A DNA stretch of 64,000 nucleotides from contig CM052817.1 of the NCBI GenBank assembly GCA_028534125.1, positions 64,544,001-64,608,000 of the forward strand. The letters run 5' to 3'. Shown piece after piece: positions 13,487-25,556 of the stretch. The notes below the pieces were generated by a model that worked only from the letters and a program-made list of their open reading frames with translations, ran no database searches and had not been told where the DNA came from. The DNA is from Lama glama. Taxonomy: Eukaryota. Numbering within the stretch: position 1 is the first letter of the stretch; each line of letters starts with the position of its first letter. Position numbers and translations under genes: made by a program.

Positions 13487-14065
13487 CTTCCTTGTATGGG
13501 TTTTTCCGGTTGTTATTATGGCAATTTCTACTGTCATGGTGTTGGTGAGTGTGTCATTTAGCATACTAATACATTACAATGAGCTTATAATGAGGCTCAA
13601 GGTCCACTGGAAGTCAAATCCTCCACCATCTTGGGTTTCACAGGTTCTAACCAGTTCTTGTTCCTTCTCTTTGCAGTTGCCTCCTGAGACTTAAATAAGG
13701 GTATTTCGTTTCTATTTGAGTAGGGGCAAGGGTATTATCCTGGTGGCAACAGCCTTGGTAACAAAAAGGAAAGTTGCTTTTAATCAGAATGCCAGCAATC
13801 TGGTGGACCCAGTGCCTGCTAAAAACCATCTCTGAAGATTCTGCTTAGCCATGAAAGTTTCAAAGGGAAATAGGGAAGTAATCTCAGTTGATCATTGAGA
13901 TAGGCAGTCAGAGTTGTCGCCATCCCCCACTGCATGAAGATTTGTCCTAATCATCAACTGCTTGAGCCTGTTCTTTTATGACTTAGGGAGGCCTGAGAGA
14001 CTTCAGGTTTTCTATACACAAGGGGCAGGGATCAGGCAGTGGGGCCTGCAGGGTCCTATTAGTAT
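13487..14065 (-). mobile_element. ERV1-type LTR fragment, apparently inside an L1 3' end (12900-12986 and 14068-14220)
   Basis: catttagcat-ctaat...ccaccatcttgg block typical of MER41/ERV1-like LTRs, with L1 3' UTR pieces on both sides (left junction hidden in the gap). Confidence 0.55.
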
Positions 14066-14229
14066 CAGATCCATCCATATTGCTGCAAATGGCATCATTT
14101 CATTCTTTTTTTATGGCTGAGTAACATTCCATTGTATGTATGTGTGTATATGTGTGTGTGTATTTTTTATATATCTGTATACATATATTATATATATATA
14201 TATATGCACACCACATCTTTATACTTACA

Positions 14230-14537
14230 AGAGCAACATTCTCCTAGCATCAGCAAGACAACTCCTTAAAAAATAACATTTCTTCTTGATATTGTAAGGG
14301 GTCACAATGGCCAACACTTTGTACTTGCAAATTTGGATTGTGTAAACTATCAATAATACATCATCTGATGTATAGCTCTCTGTCTTAGAAAACTTATATA
14401 ACTGTGTTTTGGCTTCTTATGGGTGGAATAATTCTCAGAGTTTTCTGAGATGCTGTTCCCAGGTTATAATCCTCAATCTGGCTTGAATAAAAATTTCCAT
14501 TTCTTTCTTAGATTGACTGATTAATCTTTCATTGACA
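14230..14537 (+). mobile_element. ERV1-class 3' LTR
   Basis: Direct repeat of 10030-10330, roughly 80-85% identical by eye; ends attgaCA. Confidence 0.85.
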
Positions 14538-16459
14538 CTTGCTTTCTCCAAATTCTAGGAAAACATGGCTGCCCCAAATCTAAACCTCACTGACATTATA
14601 GGCTTTGCCACTATTATGGCACTAGCTTTCATGATCCTATGTTGAAGTAATCCCTGGGAAAGAAGGGTTCTAAGTCAGGTGCTCACACATAGACCAATCA
14701 ACAAGGTCCAGCAGCAACTGGTGTTATGATTGGCCTTACTTGGGTTATAAACTCACCCTTGGACCAGGCAACTCTGCCTGGGAAAGGGATAGTATTTGTA
14801 ACAATGTAGTGACTCTGTGTGAGTCAGAGAGTTGGAGGAGAGGGAAGAGCAGATTACAGAGAAGGAGGAGTGATGTGCTACCAAGAAGTGAGAGTTTAGT
14901 ATAGAAGAAAAACCAAGACAAGAGCTTAATAGCGTACAAAGATGAATAATTAACGAGATTGTCCAACCTAGACATTATAGGATGTGTAATCTCTAACAAT
15001 AGGGTGAAAACTAAAGCATATTTTGAAAGAATGGTCATTTGAAAATATCCAGAGGATATCAAAATGTTACCAATGGTCATCTCTGGGGAATGCACAGGAG
15101 AAAGGGATTATTGGGGGACTTCACTTTCTACACTTCTAGTGTTTGAAATTTTTTGTATCTATAACTACATTTGTAGTGTACCAAAGCTTGTGAAGAAATG
15201 GCAAAAACAGAAGAACCAAGATTTCTTAAAAGTCTTTTAAGCAACAGAAATAGGGGAATGTTATATACTCAGAAACTAACAGGTGTCACGTGTGATGAAA
15301 AATAAGCAGTATCTACAGAACGTAACAGAAATTGGTCCTGTAGATTTGAAACGAAAAAAAAAAATAAATTTTTACACTCTGGGAGAAGAATGTCTGCAAA
15401 AGAAGTAAAATCCGAGCTGATGAAATTGGTAAGTTACTGGTAGGAGGTCACAGAGTGCTTTGGAGACTAGATAGGTAAGAAAGAAAACTAAGTAATGAGA
15501 GGAATATGAGGCAAGAAAAAGTTTGTTAAGACTATTTCAAATATTTCTAAGGCCTAGGTTGTTGAGATAGACCTGTAACCAATAATTTAAAACATAGTAA
15601 CAAAAATGGGGTGGCAGGTAAATTTAAGTGGTTCAAAGAGCTAAAAGCAAAGAATGATACAAAGTGATGAGTAAGCTTCCCCAGTGAGAATGGAATGAGG
15701 AAGTGTAATGTGTTGTTGCTTGGTTAGGCAGAACTTGACTTTTTTTTTTCTTTTTAACAGATTTTAAAATTGGCCAGCTGCTGCTCTACATGGAGACAGA
15801 ATTTCCCTTTAGAGCAGATCTTTTTTTCTGAGAAGAATCATTGGCGTGCGCTAAGTTATGTAAATATGAGAACATAGCACTCCTTACCCTTTATTTTTTT
15901 GGCCTGACAAAGCCTGCCCTTCCTAAGGCCTCTTGATATGCAAATTTTCTTCGAAAACAAGGAGCTTCCTGGGTAGAAGGGAATGGAGACCTTGACCTCA
16001 TCTCTTTTGATATTCCAATTTATTACAATCTATTTAATAGGTTGAGATGGTCCCAACTGATGCCCTCTGGCAGTAAAGGGCACCAGAGGCACCTGGAATT
16101 AGCCATGAAGAAAGGGGGCATCTGGGAATAGGGACCAGACCCTACATGGCACAGCATGTGGCTCACCAGGAAGCTCTCCCCCTCCCCACCTCACATCTTA
16201 TTTGTCTTGGAGGGTGTGTTCCCAAACATAAGTTCAAGGCTATAGCTTTAGGGTCGAAACCTATTGTGACTTAGGCCCCATTTGGATCAGCAAGACTATC
16301 ATTGTTGCATTAGTAGACACAATCATAACCCGGAACGAGGGTTGTTAATGAGCTGGACCACTTCTTTCATTTTACTTCAGCAGCTAAGAAGTTTGGAATT
16401 AGAAGAGGTCTCCTTGAACTGACTATATCCCTAGGCTTTTTAATAATTCAAGGGGAAAT

Positions 16460-17020
16460 GCCAAAACAGAGACTACTCCCCTAATACTAAGTAAAATTTA
16501 CCAAAATCTATAAAGATGACTTATGTGTAATTTTAGAGAAGCACAGTTAGATTGTGATTTTAACCACGAAACTTAAACCAAGTGGTTGCAATATATTCTG
16601 CCTGAATAGCAACTGCACTATAACAAAGGAGAAGGAGTTGGTGGTGGTCTCTCTGTCATCTTTAAAAGCAAATCCAGAGAGATAAATTTAATTGGGTGTT
16701 GCCTGTATATTCAGAGCCCTGGAACACAATATGGTAGCTGACTTACAAGCCAAGAACCACCCTGTATCAGATGAACAAAACTGCTGACACATGTTACTGA
16801 ATAGATTATAACGCTCACAAACAGCCCTGTAAAATTAATCCTGATAATTGCTTCCAGACGAATGCTTATGAAGGCAATTGGAGTCTACAACAGTACTCAT
16901 CCCCCTTTTTCCTCACTGAACATCTTTCGTTTTCTGAATTCTTCGTACTAGTTAATGATAAAATCATCTTCCAGTCACTCTTTTTCTACAAATCTGATCA
17001 TCTCTCCAATGACAGTCTCT
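16460..17020 (+). mobile_element. Decayed LINE APE-endonuclease domain (L2/CR1/Crack-like clade)
   Basis: Ordered motifs ET* (16568), KGEGVGGGLSVIFKS (16625-16669), VACIFRA/PG (about 16700-16725), IDYNAH (16801-16818) and SDH (16993-17001). Confidence 0.6.
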
Positions 17021-17066
17021 CCCATTTTCCACGTCTAGAAAATCATCAGGTATTAACAATTCTTTT

Positions 17067-17182
17067 AAAAATTTTTTTTATTTTATTGTTTTGGTGGGAG
17101 GAGGTAATTTAGGTTTGTTTGTTTGTTTGTTTATTATTTTTAATGGGGGTACCAGGGATTGAACCCAGGACCTTGTGCATGT
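17067..17182 (-). mobile_element. tRNA-Ala-derived SINE, 5'-truncated
   Basis: gggattgaacccaggaccttgtgcatg plus tail; the A-box end is missing. Confidence 0.8.
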
Positions 17183-17320
17183 CTTTAGGTCTATAAACAT
17201 ACAGCTCAGCTTTCTCCTTCTTCTCGTGACAGCAATTGTCTTCTTTCGGTGACCTACTCCTCTCCCACTCTAACCATGTAGTCCCCCTGGGGTCTCTGTC
17301 ATAGATCCCCCTACTCCAAC

Positions 17321-17700
17321 TGTTAGAGCAGGCAGGTAGCTAGATCTGAGCAGAGAAAGGGGGACATGGGCAAATGGCAGAAAACCATACATCTTGTGAA
17401 CAACAGGGGTCCTTGGACAGACCAAGAAAAATGGGATCCTCTGGACTGATAAAAAACCATATCTTTTGGGTTGATAAGTGTCCTGGAGGCAGAAGGGTGG
17501 GACAGGACAGGAATCCCCACTATCCAAATGTAACCTTTCGATCATTATGACCTCCATCCAAATGTAACTTTTTGCTTATGATATCCCCCTCCAAATATAA
17601 TCTTTTTAGGACCTCATCCAACTTCCAGATCAAGACTAAATAAGGATGAAAAATCCCTCCTCCCCACCTGGGAGGGTGGAGCTGGGATGATCAGGAAAGA
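17321..17700 (+). mobile_element. ERV LTR 5' (U3) portion, left arm of an inverted pair
   Basis: Starts TGTTAGAGCAGGCAGG; reverse complement of 17729-17880 plus 18205-18324. Confidence 0.8.
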
Positions 17701-17728
17701 CAACCTGGGTGGAGGGTAGGTGGAATCT

Positions 17729-18324
17729 TTATCGCAGCTCCACCGTCCAAAGTGGGGAGGAGGGATTTTTTGTCCTTATTTAGTCTTGCTCTGGAAGTTG
17801 GATGAGATCATAATGAACAAAAGGTTACATTCAGATGGGGATATCATAAGCAAAAGCTTACATTTGGATGGAGGTCATAATGTTAGGTAGTTTAGATAGA
17901 AATGGGCACTGGGCAGGGGGAGAGGATGGGGAAAGGAACAATCCAGAGCACAGGGAACCTGAGTTGTCAGTCAATCAATCAATCACAAAACCAGGATATA
18001 AAAACAGGAAAAACGAAGGAACGGTGCCATTTTCCCTCTCTTGGATTGGCCCACTCCCAATTCTTGGGAGCATACTATCTTTTACTTGTTTTTACTTCAC
18101 TAATAAAAATTTTGCTTATATCATGCTTTCTGTCTCTCGTCAAAAATCTTTTTTTCGGGTGACTAAAAATCGAGGTGATTCTTATTTTCCTTTTCCTGGT
18201 AACAATAATGATCGAAAGGACCATCAGTCCAAAGACCCCCATTGTTCACAAGATGTATGGTTTTCTGCCATTAGCCCATGTCCCCCTTTCTCTGCTCAGA
18301 TCTAGCTACCTGCCTGCTTTAACA
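17729..18324 (-). mobile_element. Same-family LTR U3 portion, right arm of the inverted pair, interrupted by another LTR
   Basis: Minus strand starts TGTTAAAGCAGGCAGG at 18324. Confidence 0.8.
17881..18204 (+). mobile_element. Complete solo LTR (ERV1-like, 324 bp)
   Basis: TGTTAGG...CCTGGTAACA termini, TATAAAA at about 17996, AATAAA at about 18102, 4-bp TSD ataa (17877-17880 and 18205-18208). Confidence 0.88.
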
Positions 18325-18526
18325 CAACCACAAGTGGAGGCATATGTCCCAGAATAGGAAGTTAGAAGGGGAGGCATAACTGAAAGGATGTGTTCAGAAA
18401 CTTAACCTTATGCAAGTCGAGGTGGTTATAGTAGTCATGGTAAATGACTATCCAACAATGGTCCTTCCGCAAATAATTAGTCTAAGTCAGTCAGTCTCTA
18501 TACTACTGACATTTGGGGTCAGATAA

Positions 18527-19698
18527 TTTTTTTCAGTTTTATGGAGCTATAATTGACATACAGTTCTGTATAAATTTAAGATGTACAGTGTAATATCACA
18601 CCATATATTGTGAAATGACTACCACGGTAAGTTTAGTTAACATCCATCACCCCATATAGTTATAAAACACTTATTTTTTCCTTGAAATGAGTGTCGGGGG
18701 ACAAGGAGGGCTGGTGTCGCGGGTGGTAAAAGAATTTACCAAAGGCAAAGATGAGAGTAGAAAAGGAGTTTATTAGGTTACGCTGCCATAGACAGCAGCA
18801 GGCCGCACAGATGTGAGATGCCTGTGAGATGCCTGTGTGAGCACTGAGGGCTGGATGTTGGGGTCTTTTATAAGGTAGGGTCACAAGGTGCCAATCAGGT
18901 CTGATTGGCTGTAGGTGAGATAAGAGGTTTGGGGTCTGTGGGGTTTATGACTCTGATAAGGTGGGCTCAAACAAACCGGCCTATTAGTGTGTTAGGGGAA
19001 ACACGCCCAGTGAAGAATGTATTTTATCTGTTGAGGGATCAAAGGCAGGCATCGGAGAGCCCAGGAATGGGGGTCGTTGGACTTTGAAGGATGTCTGTTG
19101 GCCCCACAATGAGAATGTTTAGGATGTACTTTCTTAACAAGTTTCAAATATAGCAGTGTTAACTGTAGTCACAATGTTCTATAGTACATTCCGAGTACTT
19201 CTTTATGTTACAACTGGAAGCTTGTACCTTTGACCACCTTCCTCCAGTTTCCCCATCCCCTAACCCCTCACCTCTAGTAACCACAAATCGGATCTCTTTT
19301 TCTATGAGTTTTGGTGTTTTTTGGTTTGTTTGTTTTAGATTCTACATATAAGCGAGATCATACAGAATTTGTCTTTCTCTTTTATTTCACTTAGCATAAT
19401 ACCCCCAAGGTCCATCTATGTTGTTGTAAATGGCAGGATTTTCTTCTTTTTGTTAAAATCTTTATCCATTCATCTGTTGATGGGCACTTAAGTTGTTTCC
19501 GTGTCTTGATTACTGTAAACAATGCTGCTATCAACATGGGGCTGCAGATATCTTTCAACACAGTGATTTATTTCCTTCAGACATATATCCAGAAGTAGAA
19601 TTGCTGCATGTATTTTTAATTTTTTGAGGAACCTCCATCCTGTTTTCCATAGTGGCTGTACCTATTTACGTTCCCACCAATAGCGCATGCACAAGGGT
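18527..19698 (-). mobile_element. L1 3' end (L1MA-type) containing a solo LTR
   Basis: L1 3' UTR on the minus strand; TSD tcagataatt. Confidence 0.85.
18692..19108 (-). mobile_element. Solo LTR (417 bp)
   Basis: Minus strand TGTGGGGCC...CCCCGACA termini; TATA and AATAAA on the minus strand; TSD atgag. Confidence 0.88.
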
Positions 19699-19881
19699 TG
19701 GGATCAGATAATTCTTGGTTATGAAGGGCTGTTCAGCATGTTCTAGGATGTTTAGCAGTGCCTCTTTCTTCTACCCACTAAGATGCCAGTAGCATCCTTC
19801 TCCAAAGTTGTGACTAAAATGTCTCCAGATAGTGCCAAATGCCCGCTGGAGGGCAAAATGACCCCAGATTGAGAACCACTG

Positions 19882-20205
19882 GTTTAAGCTATTTATTTTC
19901 CAGTGTTATGTTTAGGATTGGGCCAACCTGGCCAATGTGGCATTAAGACTTATCCACTAGGGGGCTCCTAGGAAAGTGAACTCAAGAAGAGTCTTTTTCC
20001 TTCTGGAAGTTGTGTGTGCATGTAAGTGCTTAAATGGCTGCAGCCATCTTGTGACCACAAGGGAACAAGCTTTAGGAGGAAGCCAATGTTAGGGGGAGAA
20101 ATGTAGGAATGTAGAGAAATGGGAGAATTTGCAGCCTTTAGTGTTGAGCTGATGAGTTCCCTGCAAGCACCTACAGCAATCTTATCTCTGGACTACCACT
20201 TACTT
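19882..20205 (+). mobile_element. MaLR LTR fragment (MLT1-like)
   Basis: gctgcagccatcttgtgaccacaaggg...gaagccaa and ctctggact motifs. Confidence 0.6.
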
Positions 20206-20859
20206 TTGAGTATAGGTATACTCATTTGGGGATGTGCATAGATTTTTGAATATATATAATAAACAGTGGTATATATAATATAGTAATATACTCTCATGAG
20301 TGTGTATATTTTTTTCACATTATACTTTTTTCCACACAATATTTATAGGAGACACCTCCATATAAGTATATTGTGTTTAGAACTGCTTCATTCTTTTCAT
20401 TGACTGAAAATTATTCCATTTTTTAGATGAAACAAAACTTATTTAGCCAGTATCCTGGCTCTACAGATGTGTGGAGAGTTCATCTGTGATATAGGAGGGA
20501 AGTAAATGGGATGGAAGGTGTGTCAGATAACTTCCATTTGTTTCTTGGGGTCCCCTCTTCACCACGCTCCACTCTGCACCCTCATGCTCTGTGCCTTGGG
20601 AATCAATTCCTCAAAGATTGTGTTGAAATATTTTAAGATGAAGTTCATATGGTGATCAGACTTGCGGTGTGTCCACTGGTAATGTTTGTTTTGGTTTTCT
20701 CTAGTCCTTTTGTGACCTGGGACCTCTCATTTCTGCTTTTCACCTTGCCCATCAGTACCATCTCTTGCCACTAGGATTTCTCCCAAACCTCAGAATTCTC
20801 GTACTTTATGGTCACATCTCCTGGGTATCTTTTTCTCTTTAGGAAGCATGACATTTTCT

Positions 20860-21151
20860 CCCTCCCCCCCCTTTTTTTTTTTATAAATTGAAGTATAGTT
20901 GATTTCCAATGTTGTGTGAGTTTCTGGTGCACAGCATAGTGATTCAGTTATACATATGCATTGTTTTTCATATTTATTTCATTATAGGTTATTACAAGCT
21001 ATTGAATATAGTTCCCTGTGCTATACAGTAGGACCCTGTTCTTTTACTTTGTATATAGTAGTCTGTAAATGCTAATCCCAAACTCCTAATTTATCCCTAC
21101 AGTGCTCCCCCCTTCCTCTTTGGTAACCATAAGTTCATATTTTGTCTGTGA
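20860..21151 (-). mobile_element. Short L1 3' end
   Basis: Poly-T, L1 3' UTR, 17-bp TSD gaagcatgacattttct. Confidence 0.9.
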
Positions 21152-21304
21152 GAAGCATGACATTTTCTATTCTGAAAATTTCCCAAAGTTTACTCTTTAT
21201 CTTATCTAAAATTAATTACCAATGACTTTGAAAGTTCAAAATCCTTTATTTTTTACTTAAAATGGAGTATTCATACATAAGTTAAAGGAATAAGAATAGA
21301 AATC

Positions 21305-21530
21305 ACATGCTTTACCATGTGTCAGGCACTGTTCCAAGAACTTTACGTGTGAAATCTCATATAATCCTCACCACACTCTGTGAGGTAGGCACTACTATCA
21401 TTCTCATTTTCAAATGAGGAAACTGAGGCATGGAGATGTTAAGTGCATTGTACAGGTTCACATTGCTAACAGATGCAGAGTCGGAATGTGAACCCAGGCT
21501 GTTTGGCTCAAGTGTGTGCTCCCAGGCACT
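21305..21530 (-). mobile_element. MIR SINE
   Basis: Core cattttcaaatgaggaaactgaggc...aggttcaca. Confidence 0.85.
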
Positions 21531-22489
21531 CTGACATGCTGCCGAAGAACGCAGGCCAAAATATTTAAGGGAAATATTCCTTCTTTTACATACGCTGAGC
21601 ATGCATTTGCTCCTTCATTTATCACACTATTTGGAGTACATACCATGAAAAAAATGCTCTTCTGAGAATGATACAGCCATTAAAAAGCAAAAAAATAAGC
21701 AACAAGTGCTACAGAAATGGAAGAAATGTGTAAACTCAGTACGAAATAAGAGTTTAATCAATTATAGTCATGATTTATTATAATCAGATTTTCAATTAAC
21801 TTTTATCTAGTTCATGGTAAATTGTTCTTGAATCTGTAATAAATGCTTTTGCCATTTCCCAAGGAAACTAGCTCAAAACTTTATTTAATTCTGTTTAATT
21901 TAGATTAAAAAATTGCTCTAGGCAAAGATAATTTAGTCACTTTGTATAGGCTATCATGATAGATTCAGTCTCTATTTTCTTTGTTCTTTAGTCCTGTGAA
22001 TTACTGACAGCTTTCTAAATTATTCTGAGTTTCTGGATTTCAATGATTTATTATTTGTGCAACAACTTCTGCAAAGTTCCTGAAAGCTGGCAAGTCTATA
22101 ATTAATTACATATATTAGACTAAGCAGTTGGTTATGGCATGAAGTGGGTTTGTTTCTGTCATCTCTACAGCACTTTCTGTCACTATGGTAGCACTTGCTA
22201 ATGTCTATAAGGATGCCTTGGTTTTCTTTTAGTGGTGGAAAGAGCAAAAGTATTTGTGCACATTAAGCACTACATAAGATTCCAGAACTGTGAACAGTCC
22301 TGGGTAAACTGGGGTCAAGCTTTAAGAATGAACAAGGTTAAATTTCAACATATCTGTTGGAAAGGTGGTGGTCGGGCTCAGAATCAGGTAGTATCCTGAT
22401 GTAGAACATTTTTTGTACATCTGTGTCTGTGAACTGAGATGCACAGCCACTATACTTGTATTATCAGAAAAGAGAAAAATACCAAGATC

Positions 22490-23250
22490 ACTTTTTTAAA
22501 AATTTTCATATTCTTTTTCACCATGTTACTACAAGATCTTGAATATGATCTTGAATACCCTGCGCTATACAGTATGAACTTGTTTACCTATTTTATATAT
22601 ATTAGTTAGTATCTGTAAATCTTGAACTCCCAATTTATCCCTTCCAACTCCCTTCCCTGTAACCTTAAGTTTGATTTCTATGTCTGTGAGTCTGTTTCTG
22701 TTTTGTAAATAAGTTCGTTTGTCTTTTTTTTTTTTAGATTCCACATATAAGTGATATTATATAGTATTTTTCTTTTTCTCTTTCTGGTTTACTTCACTTA
22801 GAATGACAATAAAAAACCAAATAACCCAATTCAAAAATGGGCAGAAAACCTAAACAAGCAATTCTTCAAAGAAGACATATAAACAGCCAATAGGCACATG
22901 AAAAAATGCTCAATATTGCTAATTATCAGAGAAATGCAAATTAAAACTACAATGAGGTATTACCTCACACCAGTCAGAATGGCCATCATGAAAAAATCCA
23001 CAAATGATAAATGCTGGAGAGGCTGTAGAGAAAAGGGAACCCTCCTACATTGTTGGTGGGAATGTAGTTTGGTATAGCCACAATGGAAAATAGTATGGAA
23101 ATTCCTCAAAAGACTAAAAATAGACTTACCATATGATCCAGCAATTCCACTCCTGGGCATATATTCAGAGGGAACCTTAACTCAAAAAGATACATGCATC
23201 CCAATGTTTATAGCAGCACTATTTACAATAGCTAGGATGCGGAAACAAAC
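22490..23250. mobile_element. L1 with 5' inversion (twin-priming structure)
   Basis: 3' UTR on minus (22490-22810) joined to the ORF2 C-terminal region (HCWWEC) on plus (22811-23250). Confidence 0.8.
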
Positions 23251-23744
23251 AGCAAAGAAGACAAATATCTGTCTTACAGTCAGACCCTCGTCCCACTGGA
23301 ATGAATCTGGAAGGTCATTCAGGATTTTAGCAGTTCATGCCATTGTGTCCTCATGATGCCATCGGTCCCTGCTGCAGTCCTCTACCATTCTGGTGACTCA
23401 GCTACTCTTTGTAGCCGCTGTCTCCGCTACTCCATTCTCTCCATTGTCTTTCTTAGCTTTTGCCATTCATGGTGTCTGACTACTCTTGGCTTTTATTGTC
23501 TCATGGTTTCTGATCATTGCCCTTTCTCTGGGTGTTTGTTTGGTTTTGTTCTTTTCATTTTTTGAATTCCATCCCAGTAAAAAAACTGCTGACTTACTCT
23601 GTGTGTTAAACACTCAGCCTTTGTAAGAGAGAATATTGGCCCGTTCATTCAGTTATGGCCACCTGTGTTGGGCAGCGTTCTCCCACCTGGGTCATCTCTG
23701 CTGTGGGTTCAAGGATTGCGGTAGGGACAGACTCATGAGAATAA

Positions 23745-23955
23745 TAATAACAGCTAACACTTACGGGTGCTGACTATGGGCCAGGCATTATTCCAAGTGC
23801 TTTTTAGTTAGTTTGCTCAAAGCTCTGAATAAAATTCCCATTTTGCAGTTGAGAAAGCTGAAGTGGTTAGGGGTGAGTGATATTTCCAAGGTCACACAGC
23901 CAGTAAGCAGCAGAGCTGGGGTTCTGTGTGGGCAGTGTGGCTTTTAACCACTACA
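23745..23955 (-). mobile_element. MIR SINE
   Basis: aataacagctaacactta...cccattttgcag..gagaaagctga..ccaaggtcacacagc. Confidence 0.8.
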
Positions 23956-24719
23956 TTTCCAATTCAACTGAATTTAAAGAAACCTATGTTGGAGTTGCTG
24001 TGCATAGCAAAGGGGGCTAGCTGCATACCAAGGATTCAAATTCTGTGCTCATGGTGGAGAGTTGTTATCAGGAAGCAGTTGCCGAGCCAAGTATGTATTT
24101 TCTAGCATCTCTGAATCTTAGTAGGAGCACATGACTGGCTCTATCCAGTGTGAAAAGAAGGGATGTGCTTTAACATTCAGGTCAAGGAGGTTAGAATCTG
24201 GAGTGCCTTCCTTATGTTCTATTCCCCTTCTATGGAAACCTTGGAACCCACGTATTTAAGATAGAATGTGCCTGGTTCGCTGAGAAATAAACTTTAACAC
24301 GCTGAGGTGTGGGGGTTTGTTATAGCAGTTAGCCTATTCTGACAAACACATCATGTAAGCACCCATTTCTTGAATAAAACTTGTAAATTTGTTGATAAAT
24401 ATGTGGTTGAGATGTTCTAACCATACAAATATTTTGGACACTGATATTAAGTGAGATGACCTAGACGATTTTGATAAAGGCTCTGGGAATAAAATATTTT
24501 AACTCTTTACTGATCTTTATGAAAAATTAATCCATTACAGCAGAAATTGACTCTTCTATTTTGAATGTGTGACTATATATGCAAATAGTGTTGTTTGCTG
24601 AGCATCTTCCCCTGGACCTCCTAGCATTATCACATGAATAATCAAGATCATCCATTAGGGAATACTGTGGACTGCTTCCACATTTCCTGGATCTAGATTA
24701 TGACAGATCCAGGATAGCA

Positions 24720-25100
24720 TGTTATGGGCTGAACTGTGTCCCCCTCAAATTCCTGTATAAGAAGTCCTAAACCCCAGTACCTCAGAATGTTGACTCCATT
24801 GGACATTGGGCTTTAAAGAGGTAATTAAGGTAGAATGAGATCATGTGGACAGGCACTAATTCAATATGACTGGTATCCTTACGAGAGATTAGGACACAAA
24901 CACAGACCAAGGGATGACCATGTGTGGACACAACAAGAAGGTGGCCATCTAGAAGCCAAGGAAAGTGGCCTCAGAAGAAACTAAATGTGCTGACAACTTG
25001 ATCTTGGACTTCTAGCCTCCAGAAGTGTGAGAAAATAAAATGCTGCTTAAGCTACCCATTCCGTGGTATTTTGTTATGGCAGCCCTAGCCGACTAATACA
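24720..25100 (+). mobile_element. MLT1A/B MaLR solo LTR
   Basis: tgttatgggctgaactgtgtcccc ... ttgttatggcagccctagccgactaataca. Confidence 0.9.
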
Positions 25101-25432
25101 TCCTAAAAGGCCCTCTGGCCTCAGAATCAGTCTTCTGCTTCTTCAGCTCTCCTAAGCCAACACAGGTGTAATCTTGCACAGCATGGGCAAGATTCTTTAC
25201 ACATGAGTCAGGCTCTAAACAGAGTGAACACAAATGCTTTATTTTACTAATTCCACAGGCAAGAGCTCTCTGCTTGCATCCTATGAATTCCCTGTATATT
25301 AGATGCTGTTCCTTTATTTTCTGAGTTGAGACAGATAATACAACTCTTCAAATAAGTCAGGAATATCCCTACTAAATTGCTGATTGCATTTCAGTCTTTG
25401 AATATCACTAACAGTGTTAGAAAGATTCTTTT

Positions 25433-25556
25433 TTGGGGGTTAGATAATTAGATTTATCTATTTATTTATTACTTTTGGTGGAGGTACTGGGGACTGAACC
25501 CAGGACCTTGTGCAGGCTAGGCATGCATTCTACCACTGAGCTATACCCTCCCCCCC
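25433..25556 (-). mobile_element. tRNA-Ala-derived SINE (Vic-1 type)
   Basis: Reverse tRNA head; TSD agaaagattcttttt. Confidence 0.9.

Larger units (their letters stand above)
18490..19881. mobile_element. MER20 (hAT) DNA transposon split by an L1 insertion
   Basis: actgacatttgggg-cagataatt (left piece) and cagataattctt...gccaaatgcccgctggagggcaaaatgaccccagattgagaaccactg (right piece). Confidence 0.8.

Noticed and set aside
12918..13694. Long ORFs spanning N runs (also 52801-53580)
   Set aside because: Artefacts of assembly gaps.
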